A stretch of 63,995 nucleotides of DNA, counting the filler, from Ionaspis alba (lineage: Eukaryota), in assembly GCA_964255285.1 (NCBI GenBank). It is 13 parts of 13 records of this genome, joined end to end, with 100 filler letters (N's around TTAATTAATTAA, not from the genome) between each part and the next. Parts side by side here need not be neighbours in the genome. Positions count along the whole stretch, not along the records: positions 49,772 to 54,554 come from CAXUUL010001069.1; positions 54,655 to 59,432 come from CAXUUL010001070.1; positions 59,533 to 63,995 come from CAXUUL010001102.1; 10 more parts are not named here. One strand, 5' to 3'. The notes under the pieces were generated by a model, which ran no database searches, was not told the origin of the DNA, and saw only the letters and a program-made list of their open reading frames with translations. Shown here piece by piece: positions 49,772 through 62,775 of the stretch; the stretch's first letter is position 1; each line of letters begins with the position of its first letter. A program made the translations under genes and the position numbers.

Positions 49772-50857
49772 CTCCTTCTCCTCCCCATTCCCATCTCCGT
49801 CTCCCTCCCCCTTTCCCCAGTGCCTCGCTCCCTCCTGCACGGCCTCCAAATCCGCCTGCAACTCCCTTGCCTCTCTGATCTCCGTCGCCTTCTCTACCGA
49901 AAACCGTCCCGTCATCCCTGCATCCGCCAACATGTCTTTCAAGTGGCGGATCTTGGCTTTCGGAGTCTCGTAGGGTGCCAGTTCGCGGAACCACATCTTG
50001 CGGATCCCGCATTTGAGGAGCCAGCTTTGGAGGCGTTTGATTTCGGCGGCGTCGGGGTCGGTCGTGTCGGATTCTTTGGCTTTCTTCGGGTCTCTCGGCT
50101 TTTTCGAGGGTTTAGTTTTGCTGGAGGCAGGGGATGATTTCCGCTTGCGGGGTTTCTTGGGTTTGGGGGGCGAGTCGATGAGGTCGGACATTGAGCTCTC
50201 GGATTCCGCTCTCTTTGATTTGTCTGGAAGATCTCTCGCTGTGTCGGAGATCGATTCCGGGTCCTGTATATCAGAAAGCGAGCTTTCGGATGTACTCGCT
50301 TCCTTGGGCGCGGACATAGCCTTGGCGAAGGAGGCTGTCGATGCTTGAACGGGCTTCTCGGAGTCGCTGTTATTCTCTAGCTCATCCTCCGATTCCGTTA
50401 TCCTCTTCTCGACTTTCCGTCTTTTCTTGGGTTCCGAATCATTAGGCGAGGAGCGCTTGTTCGGCGGCTTGGGAGGAGGTTTCGGTCTTTTCTCCCCAGG
50501 TATTGGTTTGGACTTTTGTGGTGTGGGTGCTGCTGATGTCGCATTGCCTTCGGCGTCCTGATATATTGAGATTAAATTAGTATCTATCTCATAGAGAACG
50601 AGCTTTGTTCGACTCACGACTGCAGCTTCAATTATGCGCTTGCTCCTGTCCTTCCATTCCGGTCCCTTGAAGAAGTCCGGTTCCAAATCCAGCTGCTCCT
50701 CAGCAGCCTTGCGCACTCTTTTCACAGTAAGGTTATCCAAGTTTCCGCTTTCGTAGACTGCTTTGACCACATCGCGCAACGCCTTTTCCAGGATCGAGTC
50801 CGCAGGAGGAGCTTCGGACGATGGAGCCTCAGGGTCAGATAGTTCTGACATCGTCAT
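49772..50857 (-). CDS. HIRIP3/Chz-type histone chaperone domain protein, 3' truncated
   Basis: DEK-C-like LTVKRVRKAAEEQLDL; EIKRLQSWLLKCGIRKMW, KIRHLKDML..GMTGRFSVEKA..REARELQADLE. Confidence 0.75.
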
Positions 50858-50939
50858 GATGGAGGCGGACTGATGCCAATTAGAACTATTCAAAGTACCA
50901 GTCGCTGGCCTACAAATCACGCCATGTGAATGGTAGTTT

Positions 50940-50968
50940 GCGCGTCGCGTCAAAGATCATCGGCGCGT
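50940..50968 (-). promoter_or_regulatory. Clustered MCB-like CGCG elements upstream of the histone chaperone gene
   Basis: Minus strand TGACGCGACGCGC plus TACGCGCC, ~85-110 bp upstream of the ATG. Confidence 0.4.
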
Positions 50969-51287
50969 AGCTGATTTTCTTTGTCCAGCTACCCCACAGG
51001 CCGAGGTTATTGAACTTCGGAATAAGGCTAGCCTTGTGATCACTTGGCTGAACCCTGTCAGTAATTGTGGCGTTTTTGCACTGCCTCAGTGCTCCGCACT
51101 GAGGAACTATTGCATTCACTATAGTAACGAGAAATGAGAAATGGAAATGGATTTATGCAACAAAACCAGAACCAAACTAGTTCCAATAAGTACAAAGAAC
51201 TGATGTATCTGTTCATGAAATCGTCATGGTCATGATTTTACCCTTTGCGCCTATTCACAACCCAGAAATTGCAATAAAAGATTTCCA

Positions 51288-52295
51288 TCATTCCATCTCG
51301 TACGCATGAACAGGCTCTTTGGGCGGTATTTTGGGAGGACTGCTGGTAGACATCGAAGTCGGATGTGGAGGTAGCTCAGAGGGAAGTTCAGCCACTGGAT
51401 AGACAGATTTTGCTTGTTGGCTAGGGGGAATGGTCTCCTGATACGAATGCCTGACGGGTTGAGCATAGGGGTACTCTTGATACGAGTGCCTCTGCGGCTG
51501 GTTATAGGAAGCCGTACTCTGATATGAGTTTCGCGCAGGCTGGCTGTAGGGATTCGCAGCTTGATACGCCGGATCGACGTCCGAATAAGGGCTGACATGC
51601 GGGTTCTGCGATTCCACAGACTGATAGGACACTCTGGAGCTCTGAAAAGGACTGACGCTACCGTCTGTTTGGTCCATGGGCCGAGGAGGCGTTGCGCTGT
51701 CATGTCCAGTCGTCCCAGAGAATTGCGACCAGGTCGTCGATTGTTCCCTGAGTAGACTGTTGTGTCTTGAGGTATCGAGCAGATGCGCCTTCTCCACCAG
51801 TCGCGCCACCAACGTCCCATGCGCTTTCTTCAGGGTCTTCTTGACAAAGCTCGTCATGACCACGTTGCACTTCATATCCACGTCCTCCCTTAACCATAGT
51901 CCGCTTTTGGGTACACCAATTCCTAGCTCCACAGGCTCTTTCGGTTCGCCTGGCAAAGAGCCTCCCAATGTCCACTTGTTCTTGATATTCAGTCCCAATG
52001 GCGCATAAACGTGGGTTTGAAGACCCTGCGGTAGGTTGTGGAAGCAAGCGTGATAGGAGACCTTGCCCGTTACCAGCCCTCCCGGAAGATACTGAATTCG
52101 ATCTGTCAATTCATACCACAGGCAATGAAACTCTTCGGGAGTGGCATTTGCGGGTGGTTTGACCGGGTGGCGTTCTATGACAAGTGGGTTCAAGTCTATC
52201 ATCTCTGTGTGATCGTAGAGAGTACTGATGACCGAGTCTCGAGTGATCCCCGCAGGGAGAGGCGTGACAGTGGTGAAGATGCTTCGTTTAGACAT
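51288..52295 (-). CDS. DUF7053-like fungal protein with Pro/Ser/Gln/Tyr-rich tail
   Basis: Single exon: MSKRSIFTTVTPLP, HTEMIDLNPLV, GLQTHVYAPLGL, WTLGGSLPGEP, LWLREDV and FVKKTLKKAH. Confidence 0.8.
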   Translation of the reverse strand: MSKRSIFTTVTPLPAGITRDSVISTLYDHTEMIDLNPLVIERHPVKPPANATPEEFHCLWYELTDRIQYLPGGLVTGKVSYHACFHNLPQGLQTHVYAPLGLNIKNKWTLGGSLPGEPKEPVELGIGVPKSGLWLREDVDMKCNVVMTSFVKKTLKKAHGTLVARLVEKAHLLDTSRHNSLLREQSTTWSQFSGTTGHDSATPPRPMDQTDGSVSPFQSSRVSYQSVESQNPHVSPYSDVDPAYQAANPYSQPARNSYQSTASYNQPQRHSYQEYPYAQPVRHSYQETIPPSQQAKSVYPVAELPSELPPHPTSMSTSSPPKIPPKEPVHAYEME

Positions 52296-53159
52296 TTTTG
52301 AAATCGATGCGGACTATGAAAATTTGAGGAGATGTATGTGAGATTGCAAAGCGCGATGTTTGGGGTTTACTCGAGAAAGCGAGGTTAGCAATCACTTATA
52401 ATAGTGCTGCGGCCGGTCATGCTAGTACGACACAGTCGATCACGTTGCGATTAAGCTTCACTTTGTTTCTCCGGAGCAGTAGGGTGCCGGTTGGTACTAG
52501 TATAGCACTACAACCTGATTTGCAAAAATAGGTTTCAGCTTCATCATTAGTTGGGCTTGACACCTGGAGAATCTGACAGACACCCTTGTTGTCGGTCACC
52601 AGGGGGCCGACGGTGGCTGGACCCTGACCAATGCTGTCGTTTGTGCCCTTGACTTTGTGGCTTGCCTCGCTAGAAATCATGTTGGAAGCTGATCATCACG
52701 GCATTGCTGGAAGTATATTACTTCTTCAACAGCTGACACTAGTGGCTGCACTTCTTCCAGTCTCTGATTATCCACAGAACAATGATAGAGAATGACCGGC
52801 CAACAGGTCAATACAGGACGTTGATAAGGTGGTGCTTCGATTCAATTTCAGTCGCGATGCCGCTTCTGGTAGCTCGTTCTGGAGGGAATCACGTGTGGTA
52901 ATTGCGAGGGGAGAGAGAAAATTCTTCCGGAAATCAGTGGGTCATGACACTGCAGCATATTGTGCAGCTGATTTTCAGACCTATCATGGAATTTGTCACG
53001 TTTACAGGAAGAGCCATGTATCTCCTTCTGGCTGTTGGGCCTGATGGATGAAGAGGATGAAGAGGAGAATCTGTACGTGACCTTTGCATCCGGAAGGTCA
53101 AATATCTAGTATACCGCTGAAGAGAACAAGAATCTTCAAATTCCCCCAATCAACTGAAT

Positions 53160-53168
53160 TAATTTACA
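53160..53168 (-). promoter_or_regulatory. Possible Puf-protein element (UGUAAAUUA) in the MAM33 3' UTR
   Basis: TGTAAATTA on the minus strand, ~55 nt after the stop; fits the 9-nt Puf4-type UGUAHAHUA consensus. Confidence 0.35.
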
Positions 53169-53223
53169 CTGCTTGATTCCGGATACAGTTGAGCATATGA
53201 CGAGTGATTAAGAAAGGGGGAAC

Positions 53224-54421
53224 CTAAGCATCGACGAAAGCTTTGACATCTACGTGTAGACATTAGCATCATTCGAGTAGAGAATTTCTAGTGAAGGACA
53301 TACCAGCTAGCCATCTCAAATATTCTCGCTGCTCCTTGAAGTCGATATACTCCGGCACCCATAAGGCTAGAGCAGTGTTTATTCCTCTCTCGTCTAAATA
53401 CCTCTCCAGCAACACCTGAAGATCCTGGTCAAGATTTCCGTAAGGAGGACCAGTGTACATCAGTTTTCTTGACCAGTCCTGCTCGGCTGTTGCCGCATCC
53501 GCATATTCGGCCTTAGGGAAGTAGTAGACATTCTCAATGGCAATGATGCCATCTTGCGCGACGGATTCGACCTGCAAAGCTCCTTCTGTACCTGCTTTCT
53601 CGATCGTGACGTTGACACGAGCAGGGAAACCAGGGTCTTGGTCCTCCTCGCCCGCAGGAGACTCGTCGTCCATAAGTTCTGGGCGGTCTGCAGGTGCAAC
53701 GGAGTCTTCTGGGGCAACTTTGAAGTTTCCACCCTTCGACTTCCCTTGGTTGATTGTGCCTTTGGATTGTGCTCCGCCGGATTGGGTATCGGGAGGGAAG
53801 TCTTCGCCCTCTTCGTCCATCAGTGCCCTATCGTCCTGATAGTTGTCTGCATCTTGGTCGAGGGTGCTGAGGTCGGCGATTGTGAACGTCACTTTAATTC
53901 TAAGCAGAGGATTAGATACTGTTGGGAAATGGAGATAAGGATATATAGATATCTTACTTTTCGTCGCCGAATGTTCGAGTTAGGACAACTTCTTCTCGAC
54001 CAGGGGTATCATGTAACTACAAGACCATCAGCGCCATTACCAGTGTATCTGTTGGGCTCCACGTACTTCAAAAGAACTATTGTCGAGGAAATCCTTGAGA
54101 TTCGGCGGTATTTCATCCGAATCGCTCATTTCTCTCTCCAGCTGGATCTCCGACTCGAATTTGGCGGAAAGCTCTTGGTCAACTGCGTGGTATTCTTAGC
54201 AATCATAAACGCTATGTGGAAAATGATTTACCTTCGCCCTCCTTATCCCATGCTACCCGCGACGTCGAAAACGCTGCGTAGCTTGGTCTTGAAGCTATTG
54301 TCCATGCTTTCTGGAGGCGGGATGTTGGGCGTACGAGCGGTCGAATTTGTCTCGACGATTGTGCAGACAATCGAGAAGCCACCCTTGGAAGAGAGCGCGT
54401 GAGATTTCGCAAAGACAGCAT
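53224..54421 (-). CDS. MAM33: Mitochondrial acidic matrix glycoprotein Mam33 (p32/C1QBP family)
   Basis: Presequence MLSLRNLTRSLPR; LSAKFESEI, DTPGREEVVLTRTFGDE, YTGPPYGNLDQDLQVLLERYLDERGI, KEQREYLRWL; last exon DVKAFVDA*. Confidence 0.93.
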
Positions 54422-57400
54422 CTTGGAATTATTGATGATAGAGATGAGGGTGTCGATATTTTGTTCTAGAATGAGTGATGGAATATTTGAAGCTCGACCA
54501 TGTCTTAGCGCTACAAGGGTGCGCTAGCGTGATCACAGAGTCCGATCCGCCGATNNNNNNNNNNNNNNNNNNNNNNNNNNNNNNNNNNNNNNNNNNNNTT
54601 AATTAATTAANNNNNNNNNNNNNNNNNNNNNNNNNNNNNNNNNNNNNNNNNNNNATCGCCACAGGTTTTACACTTTCCTCCTTCGCCTCCAATTCCCCGT
54701 TCATTGACGTGGACATCTAGTGTCAAACAAGCGCGCTGTCAGGGCAAGAAGCTTGGACCAGAGTGGAAAGATCACCGAAGCACCAGTGGGTTCGCCGAGC
54801 TTGCCAGGAGTAGGGATTGAACGAGAGTTTAGTACTAGTGGAAACTGCTCTCCTATAGTAGTGATCGGCAATATTGACAATGTTCAAAGTCGGTGGGTTT
54901 TGTGGGACATTCCTATCCTGGTGAAAACATTGAAAAGCGGACAAGGAGTGTGGAGGCGACTGGGGAGCATCGCGTGAGGACCGGAGGATAAATGACACTC
55001 TCGAGGCTTTTTCTGGCCAAGCACTTGATCCCAAACTCCCCTTTCCTCACTTTAGTCCGCGGGGAAGTTGCAGAGCTAGAAGCGGCGCTGACACAAAAGC
55101 TGAGGGCAGCTGCCATGTTATACAACACGAATCTTTCGCTTATTTCTTCGATGAGAACCAATCTGAGGAAAAGGTGCAGGAAACCCTCGTGGTACCATGC
55201 AGCTTTGCCACCAAGAATGCAAAGAGGCGTGTTGTCCACGCGAAGTGGCACAAACGATTGCTTGTTCCCAGGTACAGATGGACAGGAACTAGCCCGTGGG
55301 GATCGGCGTAGTGCTGGATCTGTTCTGTTGCATGGGACAGGAAATGCTCCGGGCTGCAGCTGGCTACAGTATCAGGTAAAGGTCTGTGCGTGTGAGTGTT
55401 GTGTATGTCTGTGGATTCTTTTGCTTGGAGGTTATTCCGTGCCGCAGAAAGAAGTTCGAGAGGTTGTGAGGCTAATGCGCGATCACCCGATATTGATTGA
55501 TTGTATGATCAGTTGTGCGCCCGATGATCTCGCAGGTCGAGGCCTGCCCCTTTCCGTCGCCATAGTATGTATGAACAACACGCAAAATTATCATCATTGA
55601 TTGCGCATCTCGCGTTCAAGTAATACTCGGTCCAGATCCGATGTCTTTCAAGCTTCAACCTTGTGTGACCCCTAGCCGATGTTCCTGCATGCGATGCATC
55701 GCCATACAGATTACTCGTACTTGGGAGATTCCTGATTGCCGTGATCAAAGTGCAGCTCTCCTCCAGGACCAGGACAGTTGGAGTTAGATTATTGCCTCAT
55801 CATCCCGCCAACGAGTCTCGTGGCCGAACATGGAAGTCCCATGTGATTTATGCGCCACGAACATTCCATAACGAAACTCTTGTGTTCTAGTGACCATGAT
55901 TGGGTCTGCGATGATTGTGCCTCAGCCGCCGGATCCTTCGGCCAAGCTCTAGATCACCACTACAGGGAGCTGTTAGTATGGGGGAAAAGGCCTGCTGAAC
56001 AGTCCGACACCACGGATATTCTAAAGTAACGAAGCGACCTTAGATGTTTACCGACAATATGGCTTGAGAGAAAGCTAGAGGACTTGTGGCATAGAGCAAA
56101 ACTCAGGTTTCCTTTAGTATACGCAACACCCGTTGGACAAGTGTTGCACTGTGAACAACACTCAGGAACGGGGATTTTCGTGCGTGGAAGACTAACTCTG
56201 TAGAGTCAAGTGCACATATGCGAACTCTTGAGTCGCTTTCCTGCGGCCACTCGGTGTTACCATGTTTTCCCCTGAAAGCTTTTCTCCGGCTGCCAATCAT
56301 CGCACTTTGTGATCATTATTGTTCCACCACATGATTTATTGTGATCCGTGCTGGTGGAACTCGATCGATACCCGAAGATGAAAGATCCGCAGTCAGTGGA
56401 TCCAACCATATTGACGAGAAGCAGAAGCAATCTCTTGAAATCCCTCCATTGCCTATCGCTCCACTATTGCGGCGCAAGACACATTATCGCCTCGCATGGA
56501 ACCAGCAAGCACCCATCCCATTTCCCAGATACCGATGGCTGAAAAAGCGGAGAAGAATAAACTGACGGCTTGCTCTTGGCTTGTTCCACGATCCTACTAC
56601 CCCCTACTTACGAGTAGGAGGGAATAACAGCACTTGACCTCTCTGGCATACGGTGTCGCCGCTCGTGTCAGACCGTTTTGACGGCTTGCGGTAACGCAAC
56701 ATATCCGGTAGCGCAGGACGAGAATAATCTAGCAAAGCATAGACTAGATCCAACCACAGCCTCGAGCCAAGCGGAAGCCATTGGCTGTGCCAATAAGCTA
56801 CAGGACACTTTACTCGTACTACTCTGACCACCCCTGAATGCTCCTCCGTGGCTCGCGTATTGTTGTTCGGTGATTTTCTTTGGACAAGTCAAATCGGCTC
56901 AGCACCACCGTTCCAATCAGACGCCCACGCTGACCCCAAACAGGCCCCCCAATCACTTCTCCAGCTTCCACCATTCTCCCTCTCGTCAGCATGCCTAATG
57001 TCAGATCTCCACTTTACTTCCATTTTCCTTGGCTCGCATGCATGTTGCTTTTCCGACTCTCCGTCTCCCACGTTGTTTGGCGGCTTTCACGCCACAAACC
57101 TGCAGGAGCAGAAGCCCTAAACTTCTTCTGCGTAAGCCTGCCATCATGACAAGCTGGGTGGACCAAGCAAGCAGAGATGTCTAGCGTTGACATTGAATTG
57201 CTCCCAATGATCCTTCGGGTCGTTCTAGGACGGGTTTGAGGAGAACGCCCGGGAATGCTATGCATGCATGCCATATATCGTCTTTCCGTTCCCCCAAAGC
57301 CTTGAAAGGATGATTGCAGATCTTCCGTATCCCATCATCCTTCGTTGCACATTATCTGACCTGACTCATGCCTTCTAGCTCTCTTTCTTTTCCTATTCAT

Positions 57401-57747
57401 TGAGTCCTCTTCATTATTGTTCTCCTCTTCCGTGGATATACACATGGCCATGGCTTAGCTGGTCCAATGAGCCGAATCGTGTATAACCATTCTTACCCTT
57501 CTCCGCGTCTGATTATCCGATCCACCCCCACTGTGCAATCATATACGCTTGCTCGCGGATGAGCCTACAATTGGTTCTACGCTGTTTCAATCTCCGAATC
57601 ACCCTTCACTGAAGGACGAACCAAATCCCCCCGCAGTCTGCTTGGGTCACAAGAATCCTCCACGTTCTTTCATCCTACGTCAATCGATAGACCCTCTGTC
57701 GACGTTCACCTTCGCTCTCAGCATACGACGAGAGTGCCTCCCTCGAT

Positions 57748-59432
57748 ATGACGAACTTCACCAATGACCAGATTCATGCTATCGAAATCACAGAGAGAGT
57801 CGCTTCCATCTTCTCCCTCGTCTGCTGTGCATTTGTTTTCTGCACCTTCGTATTCTCGCAGAAATTCCGGAAACCAGTCAATCGACTGATCTTCTACGCG
57901 ATTTGGGGGAACGCCGTCTGCAATGCAGCGACTTTGATGTCACAGGCGGGTGTCCGACTAGGAAACAGCTCAGCTCTTTGCCAATTCCAGGCTTTCCTCA
58001 TTCAATTGTAAGTAGTCACTACACATGCGCCTGATGAAGCCACTACTGATAGCTGGAGCAGATGCTTACCAGCAGATGCAGCCTGGAACCTTGCCATGGC
58101 CATCAACGTCTATCTCACCGTTTTCAAGAAATATAATGCTGTCCAGCTGAGAAGATTGGAATGGAGATATATCCTGGCTTGTTATGGGATACCTTTCATT
58201 CCGGCGTTCGTGAACTGCTTTGTATCGACAGAGGAAAGAGGGAGGATCTACGGCAACGCGGTACTGTGGTGCTGGATATCCCCGAATTGGGACTTTCTAC
58301 GAGTAGCTATGTGCTATGGTCCAGCATGGTAAACGCCCCCAAACACCTCACCTATTAAATAAATACCCAAGCTAATCTCAATGAAAACAGGGCATGCATC
58401 ATCACCACATTCACCATCTACGTCCTAGCCGGTCGCGACATCTTCCAAAAGCGTCAACAACTACGCTCCTTCAGCATGGCCTCCAGCGCCGACAGTATCG
58501 TTGTCGAGAATCCCTTCACCAGCTTCAAAACAACCGAGATCCACATAACCAGCGAGCTCGCCAACATCGGAGGCACCGTCCCCGACGATTCTTCACAACT
58601 GTCGCTCAAATTGACGCCTCATGGACGGGCGCTGTCAGCGCAGGGATACGAGCAGTATAGTATTACGATTGAAAGGGGGCAGAACAAGATGCCGCCTACG
58701 CCTACGTCGCAGGGTTTTCAGATCAATAAAAGTAATGTGGCTATGGAGGCGAATGCGGCAGCGTGGGGGTATACGAAGTGCGCTTTGTTGTTTTTCGTGT
58801 CGTTGCTAATTACTTGGGTAAGTCTTTCCTCCTCTCGTCTATGCACCTACTAAAGGCTGCTCTTCCATTCCGATTGCTTTATGAGCTCGTTCACAATCCC
58901 CATTGACTATGTTTTTAAGTATCGCATATCGCCTTTCAATGCTTTCGTCGCTCATTCAGATGCTGCGACTTTGCCTTTCCCAAATCTCGTTTTGTACTCG
59001 GAGATTTGAGTCGAGCCTGCACAACTTCCGAGACCTTCCCACCACTACAAGCCCCTGTCACCCTGGCATATGGGGCTAGACCAACATGTCCAACACAATC
59101 ACACTTACCCAAAGCCTCGCACGATTCTAGTTTCACTGTCATCACCATGTCATCCCTTTGTCACGCACACAGTACCCCACAACTAACACTCACTTCCACC
59201 CAGGTCCCCTCCTCCCTCTTCCGCGTCTACTCTCTCGCCCACCCCGGCGAACTCTCCTGGCCTCTCGGCTACTCCGCCAGTCTCGTCCTACCCCTGATGG
59301 GCTTCTGGAACTCAATCATCTACATCACCACATCGTGGGCAGCCGTGAAATCCCTCTTCTTTTCCATACCGAGCATTTCCACATCCTGTCGTGCCGCTGT
59401 GCAGGAGCGGAGGTTTGGCAGCGTGGCAGGGC
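57748..59432 (+). CDS. cAMP-receptor-like G-protein-coupled receptor, 3' truncated
   Basis: ERVASIFSL, FRKPVNRLIFYA, CQFQAFLIQ, LAMAINVYLT, YGNAVLWCWI, YTKCALLFFVSLLITW | VPSS and VLPLMGFWNSIIYITTS. Confidence 0.9.
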
Positions 59433-61075
59433 NNNNNNNNNNNNNNNNNNNNNNNNNNNNNNNNNNNNNNNNNNNNTTAATTAATTAANNNNNNNNNNNN
59501 NNNNNNNNNNNNNNNNNNNNNNNNNNNNNNNNTTGTTTGTGGTGTTGATCTCTTGTACAGATGAATATGATCACTCTTACTATTCAGCATGCCTTGACCT
59601 ATCTACTTTTCCTGCTGCTCAGCCCTCCACCAATACTAGTGCTAGTCCCTCGGCGAACGGGATATAGTGAGACCAAAGCGAATTTCCAAATTTATCACAC
59701 TCTTCCAGAAGCGGAATTCCTAGAGGAGCACATTGGTTTTGGTGGCCCATTCCTTCTGTTCTAGCGAGGCCTCGGACACAGTCCAAACCAGGAGACATTG
59801 GGGCCACTCCACACTAGGGGACTTGACTTGACATATCGGGGACTTCGCGCCTTTGTTCAAGGCAATGGCCTCGGCTTCTAACAACCAAACCAAGACAGCG
59901 ACAGATGGAAGCGCTGCTGAAAAACTTGAGCTGTTTCAGCTGATGCCGAGCTAACCCTAGATCAACGCCGGAAGTCGCACACCTATACGAAAATGAATGG
60001 AGAGTGTGAAGGAAATTGAGCTGATGGGACATGATATTGAAAATTTTCTTAGCTGGATTCTCCGAGGAGTCCGCAGCGAAATGCATAAAGGTCAAGAATG
60101 AACGGAATGTTCGGTTCTGCGTTCAAATGGAGTGGGATTCGGGCAGTTCTTCGGCGGACTCCGGGATGGCGAATTCGGTTCACAAGTCTCGTACGTCCTT
60201 GATGACTCTGAGACGGATACATCTTACTATCTGCAAAACGTATTAGAAGGCTAGAAAAGTGGCGGTGGGGTTCACCTACAACCCGAACACGTATTGACCG
60301 CCGCCGGAAGGTCCTACGAGCCAATCGCCAGGCAAGTATAGCCAGGACTTGTCTTAATATCTGTGGACATGCTGGATTTTGTAACGGGAGTCGTTCTTCA
60401 CAGTCTTCCAAAATCGGGTCGCAGAATATCGTAAGGAGGTCGAATACGCTGCGCAGAGATTGGTGGCAGAATCGGTTGTGGGAGCTACTGCCATTCAGAG
60501 AATGCCTCTTCTCTTAACGTTTGTCTTGCTGAATAGCCCCATTTGTGTGGCAACTCAAAGATCAGGCGGTGCCTAGAAACACCCTCGAGGTTGTCAGTGG
60601 CCTCGGAAACAAGTACCAGCAACGGGAGATGCCTCTGGAGAACAAATTGGAGAATAGGAGAAGGTACAGAGCGGGAAAACAGAAGGTAAGGCAGCGAAGG
60701 ATCTCTCCTTGTGTGCTCCCATCGCAATCAGGCGAGGGTAGCGAACGTAACTTGAAGGTGCAGAAGCTAACCAGGTTTGTTCTATAACGACTATTGCATG
60801 GAATTTGGCATTTGCCAGTTTTGCCTATATTGTCGGAGACGCTACTTTATCCGTGCTACTAAAGTAGAGAGCAAAATGGGCTGGGGTGTTGACTTTCTTT
60901 TCTGTGATCCTGGACATAATCTCCCAAAAAATCTTCGCAGACATAGTGAAAAAGGAAATTTACGTGATCGTAGAACCCGGTGGTGCTTCTATTATCGATG
61001 TTCCTATTACTCGACGTCGACAATTTTCGTAACCTGAAAGTTCAGAACCACTAATCCTCGTGACTGAGGTATGTC

Positions 61076-61930
61076 TTACGGACTTCCAGCCACTGCCTGC
61101 AAGAACTTCTCCACAAAGCCGTCAATGATCTCGACAGCCTCTTTTTCTTTAGAAAGAAAAGGAGCGTTGTGACTTCCTTGTAGCTCTCGCACATGCCAAT
61201 CCTGTCCACTGTGTTGCATCATTCCCTCTTGTGCAGCCTTCGGAATCGCCTTATCCTCCGTACACACGAGATAAGCGAGGCGCCCTTTGAACTCAGGGTC
61301 AGCCCAAGCTGGCGCTGGTGAAGCTGACTTGAAAGCCAATGTGGCATGGGGTAGCAATTCATCGGCGTTCTTTTTCGCTAAAGATGGCTCAACGTCGGCG
61401 GAGAAAAGGTCAATAGGATTATCTGGCATGTTTAGGCCGGCACTGGGCTGTTTCATTGAGTATTCGCTTTCCCAAGATGAATGTATGTAGGAGAGTCATA
61501 CAACATTGTCTTTGATCCAAGGAACCAGAGCTCCACCGGTTCCATCAGTTAGACTCGCTCCCTCTGGAATCAGAAATGCGGAGATGAACACGAGACCAAG
61601 CACTCCGCCTTTCTTGCCTTTCAGCTTCAGCTCCTTCACTCCATACCCTTTAGCCGCCGCGCTGGCTGGCATTGAGCCATAGGAGTGCATGACGATAACG
61701 ATTTCCTTCCCCTCCTCTTCGATCAGAGGGAGCAGGGTGTATAGCCAGATCTCGGTGGCATCGACTTCAACGGTGGCTAATTCAGGCCGCTTAGGCGACA
61801 TCGATGCAAGCTCAGCACACTTCGTGGGATATCCAACCTTTTCTAGCGCGCCGAGGAAGGACTGATACGTAGAGGGAGGTAGCCATGCACCCGGCACCAT
61901 GACGATGGTGGGCTTGGTCGAGCCTGCCAT
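61076..61930 (-). CDS. Alpha/beta hydrolase (Abhydrolase_6-like)
   Basis: KPTIVMVPGAW, nucleophile VMHSYG, GLVFISAF, YLVCTEDKAI and GSHNAPFLS; one intron near 61449-61501. Confidence 0.9.
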
Positions 61931-62775
61931 TGTGTGTAACGGGCTCTGGGTAAGGAAAGATAATGTGCAAGCAAGAATTGTGCGAACCCTTTCAACAATG
62001 CAAGGACAACGCGCTTCCTCAGGAGCAGAAATGCGAGTTGAACAAGAGGACAAATATGCTGCTATGGAACGACAAGTTCGGGCTTAAAGTGGTTATTGAA
62101 TGTTCGACACAACCATCAATTCACCAACCAATGTACAGCAATGGCGACGACAGCAATACAAATGAGGAACGGGAAAGCCAGCAAGCCGTCCCCGCCTTGT
62201 ATCTACAGCCATTGGCAATGGCCTACCGAGATGGCCTTTGTTGGTTTCACTATGCAAGTGGCTGCAGATATGGCGTTTCTGCGGGTCGGCGAAATCTTCC
62301 TCCTTCGATCTCCGAGGCGGTTCCAGGCGTATGGCATTAAATCGTTGCCGAAGCATAGTTGATACAATTTCCGGCGACTCATGGTTTGACAGGGGACAGT
62401 CCCTTGATTTGTCTTGTTGTGGCTTCCAGCTAAACTCCCACGGGGACTTGATCTGCCAACTATTGTGCTAATTGTATTTCGGCTACGATTTGTTGCCATA
62501 AGCCTAGCTTGTAGGGTTTGGAGGATATTGGATCACGTGTAAATCAGGGATCCTGTTCCTCTTTTATTACATGGTCCTCTCTTCGATGCGGAAGGGACAT
62601 CATAAGGACTTTCCTGAGATGCGCTTCACATAACAAAGACTGTTGAGTTGTCTGTGCGTCGGCTAAGCACGTGCAACGAGGAATTGAGACCTCCTTTCGT
62701 CCCACTCGATACATTTGTCACAGCTCTTCCTTAGAAGCAGATCTATATTCACTCTGGTACTGTTGAAGCATCCTG

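Noticed and set aside
51084..51104. 9-bp hairpin cctcagtgc-tcc-gcactgagg
   Set aside because: Too short and isolated to distinguish from chance; no evidence for terminator function in a eukaryote.
53554..54402. 282-aa plus-strand ORF and other long antisense ORFs (6047-6772, 4333-4953, 45821-46438)
   Set aside because: These are antisense shadows of well-supported genes.
54992..55600. 202-aa ORF in the 3-kb region upstream of the GPCR
   Set aside because: No recognisable motifs or coding-like composition; probably a chance ORF in a long regulatory region.
4955..59532. Regularly spaced TTAATTAATTAA motif every ~5 kb, and apparent gene clusters spanning it
   Set aside because: Each copy sits inside N padding and the pieces are sorted by size, so it is a concatenation linker. 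Adjacency across linkers (for example Zn2Cys6 factor with ABC transporter) is not biological.
59533..61050. Patchy coding-like sequence with short ORFs in several frames
   Set aside because: No consistent frame or recognisable domain; it cannot be called a gene or pseudogene by eye.
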